A DNA stretch of 64,000 bases, from the NCBI GenBank assembly GCA_041659205.1, contig JBAZYS010000003.1:3266-67265 (forward strand). Direction: 5' to 3'. The notes below the pieces were generated by a model, which saw only the letters and a program-made list of their open reading frames with translations, was not told the DNA's origin and searched no databases. The number at the start of each line of letters is the position of its first letter. Positions within the stretch are counted from its first letter, which is position 1. The DNA comes from Minisyncoccota bacterium. GTDB taxonomy: Bacteria > Patescibacteriota > Minisyncoccia > Phycocordibacterales > UBA9973. Position numbers and translations under genes: made by a program. Positions 57,616 to 64,000 of the stretch are shown here, piece after piece.

Positions 57616-58503
57616 ATGTCTAACCAAAAAAGTTTAACAATGCCAAAGACACAAACTCCAAACGGAGTTATAATCAGCCTCTTAGGATTAGCAATCCTAG
57701 CATGGCTCGTTTTGTACTTGTTGATCTTTGGAGCATTCTTCAGCGCAATCATCGTGTTTTTCATCATGGGGATGACCACGAAAGTTTATACTGATACTGT
57801 CCAAGGATTCGAAGCCCACATCCTTCTCAACAACCTAACACAAGAACAACGTGCAGTGTTCCAGGGAATGAATTTTAAATTACCCTGGGAAACATTCCAA
57901 CAAAAAATCGATCTTCGGGTCGAGCTCAATGAAGTCCTCAAGGACGAAACCTACGCAGCCAAAGACACATTGATGGTAGTGAAGTATGTTTACACCATTC
58001 GGCCAGACGTGTCAGGAGATAACCCAGGGGAAAAAATAGTCCTTTTTGCGTCGTTCGAACCTGACGCAATCAAGATGGCTGGTAGAGCAATTTTCAGTAG
58101 TACCCTATCTGATCATTATGCTACTAAAAACGGTACCCAGCTCCTTAATAAGGCTGAAATCACCAAAGAACTTTTTGGGCCTAATAGTAATAAGTTAGAA
58201 AAATTTGATAAGGAACACGGGTCAGTAGCAGAGGTTGTATTGGAAGACTCTGACTTCGACGAGGCTACACAGAAGTCAAGAGACATGTTGTCTCGAGCTA
58301 CTTCCTTTGACGCAACAGTTAAAAAACTGACGTCTAAAGGAAGAGTAAATCCAGCAGAGGCTGTACGCGTAGCAAAACTCATGGCCTTTGACGACGTTAA
58401 GGAGTTTAACCTTAACGTCACAGGGCTCGAAAATCTACAATCAGCGAACTTCGCTGGAGGGCTCTCAATTCCCTCCACTGATAAGAAAGGACCCAAGAAA
58501 TGA
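57616..58503 (+). CDS. SPFH/band-7-like membrane protein
   Basis: Two N-terminal TM helices, QGMNFKLPWE motif; TTGACT-17-TACAAT promoter. Confidence 0.65.
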   Translation: MSNQKSLTMPKTQTPNGVIISLLGLAILAWLVLYLLIFGAFFSAIIVFFIMGMTTKVYTDTVQGFEAHILLNNLTQEQRAVFQGMNFKLPWETFQQKIDLRVELNEVLKDETYAAKDTLMVVKYVYTIRPDVSGDNPGEKIVLFASFEPDAIKMAGRAIFSSTLSDHYATKNGTQLLNKAEITKELFGPNSNKLEKFDKEHGSVAEVVLEDSDFDEATQKSRDMLSRATSFDATVKKLTSKGRVNPAEAVRVAKLMAFDDVKEFNLNVTGLENLQSANFAGGLSIPSTDKKGPKK

Positions 58504-58970
58504 GCCACACACCCACGGGTACTACCACACCCCCAAAAAGCACGAACCTACTTAAATGGGTCTTCTTGACCATCGCACTAATTCTCTTCATTCTCTATGT
58601 GAAGAATGAATTCAGTGGAACAAAGAAAAAGGCAGAGGCAACCGCTGCTGAAGTGGCAAAAAATGCAGCACAAGCTGTATCCCAGGCATTGACAGCTACT
58701 CCTCCTCCCCAAGGGCCCAAAAAGAAATTAATCAGCTTCAACGATGGGCCAATCGTTTCATTCACCTACTACGGCGGACCACTCATCTGGAATGCCATAG
58801 GGGGGAAAGTCGACTTTGTCGACGAATATGGAGTGAAGTGGAGTCACACCCCTGGAAAGCTGGAAGTCGGAGTTATGAACCAACAGCTTCACAGAGGCGT
58901 GGTCTTCGCCAGCAAACAAGCTAACTCGAAAGCAACGGGTGTGGAAATCACCCAAGTCTGGAAGGACTAG
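58500..58970 (+). CDS. Membrane-anchored hypothetical protein
   Basis: ATGA overlap with the upstream gene; one TM helix; terminator at 58999-59029. Confidence 0.75.
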   Translation: MSHTPTGTTTPPKSTNLLKWVFLTIALILFILYVKNEFSGTKKKAEATAAEVAKNAAQAVSQALTATPPPQGPKKKLISFNDGPIVSFTYYGGPLIWNAIGGKVDFVDEYGVKWSHTPGKLEVGVMNQQLHRGVVFASKQANSKATGVEITQVWKD

Positions 58971-59063
58971 ACTATTCATCGCGCTAGTCACGCAAAGCAA
59001 AAGGCGCCCCACTCGTGGGACGCCTTTTTTATTTTCACTAATAAATTCCTACAAAATAAAATA

Positions 59064-59399
59064 CTAGGGTGGAGACAAATGAACAGAATTATCCCCTGTT
59101 GAATTTATTTGGACATCACTAATATTCAGAGTTTTTAAAATAATCCCAAGGATAGTCCAAACTCCCATCATAATAGTAATACCAACAATTCCCCAAATCA
59201 TATGCTGCTTACCTGTCGTCTTTTTCTCTTCATTTTCTTGATTTGAAAGAAATTCAAATATACCATAAAGAAAATAAACAACAGCTAGAGCAAATAGTAA
59301 TCCGATAAGTGGATTTATAATCATCGTATCAACATTCGCGATAAACCCATTTAAGGAAGTTGATGCAGCATAGGCTATCTTTGTAGAAAATAAATCCAT
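59064..59399 (-). CDS. TrbC/VirB2-like pilin
   Basis: TM-EEKKTTGKQHMIWGIVG-TM hairpin. Confidence 0.8.
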   Translation of the reverse strand: MDLFSTKIAYAASTSLNGFIANVDTMIINPLIGLLFALAVVYFLYGIFEFLSNQENEEKKTTGKQHMIWGIVGITIMMGVWTILGIILKTLNISDVQINSTGDNSVHLSPP

Positions 59400-59409
59400 A
59401 CTAAAAATA

Positions 59410-59796
59410 TTAATTTATTGTCGGCAAAGTAATTGTACCAGAGTTACTGACATCAAAAGTCTTGGTCAAAATACCTACAAGACCCCACATAGCAATAATG
59501 ACAGCCAAACCAATGATACCGAAGATTATGCGGTCTCTTCCTGCTTTTTTAGCTTCCTCGTCACTTGAGATAACATAGGTAATAACTCCCCAAACGAAGT
59601 AAACTACGCCTAGAGCAATCAAAACTGGCACAACTGCATTAAGGATTTGACCAATTTTACATAGTACTGTAAACAATGTTCCTTGCCCTGCATTAGCCGC
59701 ACAATTACTTCCACCTGTTGTAGTGACCTGTGCCAAAGCAACAAGAGGAGAAAAACCTAAAACAGAACCAGACAACACAATTAATTTCTTTTTCAT
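59410..59796 (-). CDS. TrbC/VirB2-like pilin
   Basis: Signal peptide; VYFVWGVI...DEEAKKAGRDRIIFGIIG. Confidence 0.82.
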   Translation of the reverse strand: MKKKLIVLSGSVLGFSPLVALAQVTTTGGSNCAANAGQGTLFTVLCKIGQILNAVVPVLIALGVVYFVWGVITYVISSDEEAKKAGRDRIIFGIIGLAVIIAMWGLVGILTKTFDVSNSGTITLPTIN

Positions 59797-59873
59797 AATT
59801 ATTTCTTCCTAACTTCTAATAATAAACGCGACCTAATAATGCTAATAATATCCTTGTATTATACTCCTTGCTA

Positions 59874-60926
59874 TTATCCTGGGCAAGTTCCGTCTGCTCT
59901 CCTGATAAACATAGGATTAGGACAAGGGCCCGAAGAAACACAAGTTTGAGTATTAAAATTATATTGAGTGCCTGAAGGACAAGAACTAGGACCTCCACTT
60001 CCTCCAGAGGGACACATTAGAGGGTTTGATACATATGTTTTACCATCTGGACAAAGGGTTGGACCCCCACCTATTGGACACAAAAATTGATTCATAACAA
60101 CTGTTCCATCAGAACAAGTAAAAGAACCACCTCCGCTCGTACTATCTGGAACACAAGCAGTACCATCATTGTGCGTACCCGATGGACAAGGACCAACAAA
60201 GCCATCTCCAGTATTGCCTCCTCCATCTGTAGAAGAACTCGATCCAGGAGGGCGTACTTGTGGAAGGATATTTCCATTAATACCAAAGGTGCTGGTAAGT
60301 ATACCCACTAGACCCCAAACAGAAAGCATCACTGCAAGAGCAATAATACCCCAAACCATAAACTGTTTACCTTGGGCTCTCTTCGCTTCTTCGTCTGCAT
60401 TGATTATAAAAAAGTTAACTGCTCCCCAAACGAACATAACTGTCGCAAGAGCAAAAATAAGAGGAATTATTGAATTATTTATTATACAAGTCACATAACT
60501 GAGTACCCCTTGGAAATTGGTCCCCATCGTACAAGTAGAGCTTGCTCCAGTTAAAGGTGCAAGCGACGGAGCAGTAACTCCACTTAAACCAAAAGTATTA
60601 ACTATAATATTTACAAGCCCCCATAATCCTACGATAACTGCAAAACCGATAAGGCCATAAATCATTCTATCTTTACCTGTTTTCTTCGCTTCTTCCCCGT
60701 CTGCAATGACGTATTGAACGACACCCCAAACGAAATACACTACTCCAAGAGAAACAAGAACAGGAATTATTGAGTTAAGGATTTCTTTCATTTGACATAT
60801 TAATTTACCTATGCCAGTGAGAGAATCACACGTCGAAGCAGCAGCAAAAGAAATAATTGGAATTAGAGCTATAAAAGAAAAAATTGATATAAACTTATAA
60901 ACAGATTTTAATGATTTCTTATTCAT
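59874..60926 (-). CDS. Tandem double pilin-like protein with a Cys/Gly/Pro-rich tail
   Basis: Two pilin hairpins followed by CPSG/CPDG repeats. Confidence 0.8.
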   Translation of the reverse strand: MNKKSLKSVYKFISIFSFIALIPIISFAAASTCDSLTGIGKLICQMKEILNSIIPVLVSLGVVYFVWGVVQYVIADGEEAKKTGKDRMIYGLIGFAVIVGLWGLVNIIVNTFGLSGVTAPSLAPLTGASSTCTMGTNFQGVLSYVTCIINNSIIPLIFALATVMFVWGAVNFFIINADEEAKRAQGKQFMVWGIIALAVMLSVWGLVGILTSTFGINGNILPQVRPPGSSSSTDGGGNTGDGFVGPCPSGTHNDGTACVPDSTSGGGSFTCSDGTVVMNQFLCPIGGGPTLCPDGKTYVSNPLMCPSGGSGGPSSCPSGTQYNFNTQTCVSSGPCPNPMFIRRADGTCPG

Positions 60927-60935
60927 ATATTTTAT

Positions 60936-61307
60936 TTATAACGCTAGCACTGTAGCTGATATCATCTTTGCTATAGCCCATGAACCTAATAATATTGCTG
61001 CCCCTATCAATGTATACATAAGTGCTTCTTTTGCTTTGCTTAGCTTCTCAGAATTACCCCTTGCAAAAACAAAAAGAAAACCACAATAAATAATTGCGAG
61101 CGCCACTACTGGTATACCTATTTTCAACATGCCTTCAAGGATTTTCTGAATAAGCCCTGGGACCGAAGTTATACTTGGAATTGGATTTTCAATCTTACCA
61201 CCACGAGCCTCTGTTCCACTTCCTTGTGCATAAAGTGTAAAAATAGGAATAATAAATAAATAAACTGCTAAAGTAATTTTGCCCCAGTTTTTCTTAAAAA
61301 ATTTCAT
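60936..61307 (-). CDS. TrbC/VirB2-like pilin
   Basis: IIYCGFLFVFARGNSEKLSKAKEALMYTLIG. Confidence 0.85.
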   Translation of the reverse strand: MKFFKKNWGKITLAVYLFIIPIFTLYAQGSGTEARGGKIENPIPSITSVPGLIQKILEGMLKIGIPVVALAIIYCGFLFVFARGNSEKLSKAKEALMYTLIGAAILLGSWAIAKMISATVLAL

Positions 61308-61354
61308 GATTATATTATACTATAATGTTAATTATAAACTAATTTAATATCTAA

Positions 61355-61792
61355 TTAAGGTGAAAGTGGATTAAAACCAATCCAGCTACCCTGATAACCT
61401 AAAATTGATAATACTGTTCTAACAATAAGAAAAGCAGCTATCGCTATAATAAGGCCAATAACAACATCTGAAAAAATTGCTTTCGCTTTTGTCCTAGCAT
61501 GAGCTACTTCCCCTCCTGCTGAAACCATTAGAAAGCCAGCATAAGCAAACATTATGGCTGCGATAGGAATAACCATATCGAAAAGAATAAACTTAATAAC
61601 TTTATTTACTAGGGCCATAAGAGCGTTGAAGTCGCATGGTTGAGCAATTTTACCACTACTATCTGGTGTATTGTTGCAAGGAACCAAGCCTCCTCCTGTA
61701 GATGTACCTGAACCCTGTGCAAAAGACAAAGCTGGGATAATGAGTATTAAAAATACTAAAACGGAGATTAAGATTTTTTTTGTATTTTTCAT
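61355..61792 (-). CDS. TrbC/VirB2-like pilin
   Basis: GLVPC...C.F; YAGFLMVSAGG...KAKAIFSDVVIG. Confidence 0.85.
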   Translation of the reverse strand: MKNTKKILISVLVFLILIIPALSFAQGSGTSTGGGLVPCNNTPDSSGKIAQPCDFNALMALVNKVIKFILFDMVIPIAAIMFAYAGFLMVSAGGEVAHARTKAKAIFSDVVIGLIIAIAAFLIVRTVLSILGYQGSWIGFNPLSP

Positions 61793-61796
61793 ATAA

Positions 61797-63086
61797 TTAC
61801 TTAAATAATAAAAGACTTATTTTTGAGTTCGCATCTTTAACGGCATCATTCACTGATAAATTACCAGACAATACTGAATCAATCATACCACTAAAAATGT
61901 TATTGGTATCTTTTGGCGATGGGTCAAGCCAGCTTCTGGCGTACAATGCGGAATTATAAAAAATAGGAGAATAAGCATCATCGGGCTTTATTGCAAGTAA
62001 ATCACGACGAGCTGGTGCTCCTCCTGTAGCTGTAGCAAATTTTGATGCAAAATCGCTCGTCGCGAGTAAACTCGCTGCCGTAAAAGCAGTAGTAAAATTC
62101 TTCGACGAAGCAGAAATAGCAATGCCGGTGACTCGAGCGCCTGTTACCTTAGAAGGAGAACTTCTAATCTGTGGAACACCTGAGATGAAAAAATTCTGAT
62201 TGGGGTTTCTATTTACCAAAGACTGAAGCTCAGAAGCATAACCAAAATAAAAAGCTAAATCTTCCCTAGAAAAAGCATCATTAGAATTTGGGAAAGATTT
62301 ATTCCACGAATATAAAGTATTATTGGGATCCGCAAAATCTGTATAAAACTTTAAAATTGAAGGAAGATTGTAATTTCCTATTGACGCGTCTAATGTTGAA
62401 TTTAGAATCCCATCTTTTTCTTTTGTAATAGGATTACCAGCCTGCATAAAAAGAGTCGCAAGAATATCTTTAGCATGAACTATATTAGAAGAGTGACCTA
62501 ATGCTACACCGCTTTTTATTATTTTATTTGTATTGTCTTTTTTAGTAAGTGTGGGAACCATTTTGGTCATCTCATCCCAATAGGCAGGTGGATAAACGAA
62601 TCCACTCGCATCAAGCATGCTTCTGTTGTAATACATCATAAGAGGATCAATAGAAACAGGAAAAGCGTAAACACCCTTCCCTGCTAAAAATACCTCCCCT
62701 GCTCCCGCAAAAACATTTTTGAACGTAGAGAGCGGATAGCTAGTATAGGGAATAGCAAAAATTTTATTAGAATAATGAAGAATCAAATTATCTGGTAGAA
62801 AAAATAAGTCTGGCCCTGCTCCCGCAGCCAATGCTTCAAGTAAATCTTGGTCAAAAGTATCAGGAGATTTTTGTACGTAAGAAACAACAAAAGTGGGATT
62901 CGCATCATTGAAACTCTTCATTGCTGTAGCTATCGTTGCACCCGGAACTGTACCCCACAAAACCACCGTACCTAAACTACCGGTACTATTTTTACCGAGA
63001 GGGATAGCGCCAGAAAAAACTAACATACCAAAAACAGCAGCAGCGATAAATACAATTAAAATGATTAGTTGAAAATTTCCTTTCAT
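61797..63086 (-). CDS. Extracellular solute-binding protein (family 1, sugar-type)
   Basis: VVLWG, AGAGPDLF, MYYNRSML and PPAYWDE motifs. Confidence 0.85.
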   Translation of the reverse strand: MKGNFQLIILIVFIAAAVFGMLVFSGAIPLGKNSTGSLGTVVLWGTVPGATIATAMKSFNDANPTFVVSYVQKSPDTFDQDLLEALAAGAGPDLFFLPDNLILHYSNKIFAIPYTSYPLSTFKNVFAGAGEVFLAGKGVYAFPVSIDPLMMYYNRSMLDASGFVYPPAYWDEMTKMVPTLTKKDNTNKIIKSGVALGHSSNIVHAKDILATLFMQAGNPITKEKDGILNSTLDASIGNYNLPSILKFYTDFADPNNTLYSWNKSFPNSNDAFSREDLAFYFGYASELQSLVNRNPNQNFFISGVPQIRSSPSKVTGARVTGIAISASSKNFTTAFTAASLLATSDFASKFATATGGAPARRDLLAIKPDDAYSPIFYNSALYARSWLDPSPKDTNNIFSGMIDSVLSGNLSVNDAVKDANSKISLLLFK

Positions 63087-63093
63087 GGATTAT

Positions 63094-63609
63094 TTATTCC
63101 TTAACTAATATCATACCATAATGATGACCTCCTGCATCAATATCTCTATCAAAAACAAAGCCATTTTTCTCGAACATTAAACGAGCTTCATCTTTCGGAA
63201 TTATATTCGTGCCCCCCATGACTGATGATTCAGACCAATCAATGAGAAGTACCCTTCCTTTTATTTTAAGTATTCTTTTTACCTCTTCGATAAATTTTCC
63301 CTTATCTTCTACCTGAAAAAGTATATTTGAAGCAATTACCGCATCAACTACGCCATCCCCTATTTTCGTTCCACCCAATTTCTCCACATCTCCTAGAATA
63401 ATTTCAACATTATTTAGCTTTAACTCAAGTACTCTACTTTTTATAGTATCTAGGAAATCCTTCTGAAGTTCTACTGCATAGACTTTCCCCCTTCCGACTA
63501 TCTGACCTGCTGCCAAAGTATAAAAACCAGTCCCCGCACCCAAATCTGCTACGATATTATCTTCCCTTAATCCAAAAGCTTTTAAATTTTTTAATGGGTC
63601 AGTGAACAT
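63094..63609 (-). CDS. Class I SAM-dependent methyltransferase
   Basis: VADLGAGTG and RILK.KGRVLLIDW motifs. Confidence 0.92.
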   Translation of the reverse strand: MFTDPLKNLKAFGLREDNIVADLGAGTGFYTLAAGQIVGRGKVYAVELQKDFLDTIKSRVLELKLNNVEIILGDVEKLGGTKIGDGVVDAVIASNILFQVEDKGKFIEEVKRILKIKGRVLLIDWSESSVMGGTNIIPKDEARLMFEKNGFVFDRDIDAGGHHYGMILVKE

Positions 63610-63646
63610 ATTTTTTTATTTTTTAGGTTTTTACTAACAAGCTTTT

Positions 63647-64000
63647 TTACAAACAAGCAAGAGAAGCAATACCATCACCTCCTCGGAGACGCATCACCGT
63701 CACTCCCTGAGTCTGGCGACCAAGAGATGAAATATCTGAAAGAGGGGTGCGAATTACTTGTCCTTTTTTAGACATCGCTATCAACTCTACCTCTTCCCCT
63801 GTCAAAACCTTCGCCACTATTAGTTTACCAGTTTTTGCGGTAACTTTCGCTGTTTTTATACCCGAGCCACCACGTTTCTGAACTTTATATTCTTTCAAAT
63901 CTGTCTTTTTGCCGAAACCATTTGCACTCATCGTCAAGAATGCACCTTTCCCTGCAGCCTTCTTCACCACATCCACACTTATGACTTCATCAGTTTTAGA
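63647..64000 (-). CDS. gyrA: DNA gyrase subunit A, C-terminal beta-pinwheel (5' part lies outside the window)
   Basis: GFGKKT...YKVQKRGGSG and GRQTQGVTVMRL blade repeats; frame open to the window end. Confidence 0.92.
   Translation of the reverse strand, partial: SKTDEVISVDVVKKAAGKGAFLTMSANGFGKKTDLKEYKVQKRGGSGIKTAKVTAKTGKLIVAKVLTGEEVELIAMSKKGQVIRTPLSDISSLGRQTQGVTVMRLRGGDGIASLACL

Overview
This is an AT-rich, gene-dense bacterial chromosome segment. Its gene content points by inference to Patescibacteria/CPR (Parcubacteria-like): short IF-2, AlaRS and DnaJ, an archaeal-type AspRS, a PaaX-like regulator, large Cys-rich proteins, tandem VirB2/TrbC-like pilins and VirB4/VirD4-like ATPases. Core genes include aspS, trpS, cysS, alaS, dnaB, recR, dnaJ/dnaK/grpE, clpB, the infA-rpmJ-rpsM-rpsK-rpsD-rpoA-rplQ-rplM-rpsI block, typA, mnmA, iscS, infB, rbfA, the gyrA 3' end and five tRNAs. 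The most unusual signal is a set of small structured palindromic DNA elements with conserved cores and covarying stems. (i) A minimal GIY-YIG nuclease gene is enclosed in bulged terminal inverted repeats, and an empty sibling element lies 10 kb away. (ii) A four-copy three-way-junction element and two other hairpin families account for six in-frame insertions, all in mnmA and iscS. (iii) A tRNA-trailing element has a closing stem that matches the T-arm of its own tRNA. Also visible are a candidate leader-peptide attenuator upstream of a cluster of Cys-rich orphan genes, a candidate OmpR-family operator, and a pervasive leaderless-promoter pattern. All assignments come from reading the sequence; no database searches or folding computations were run.
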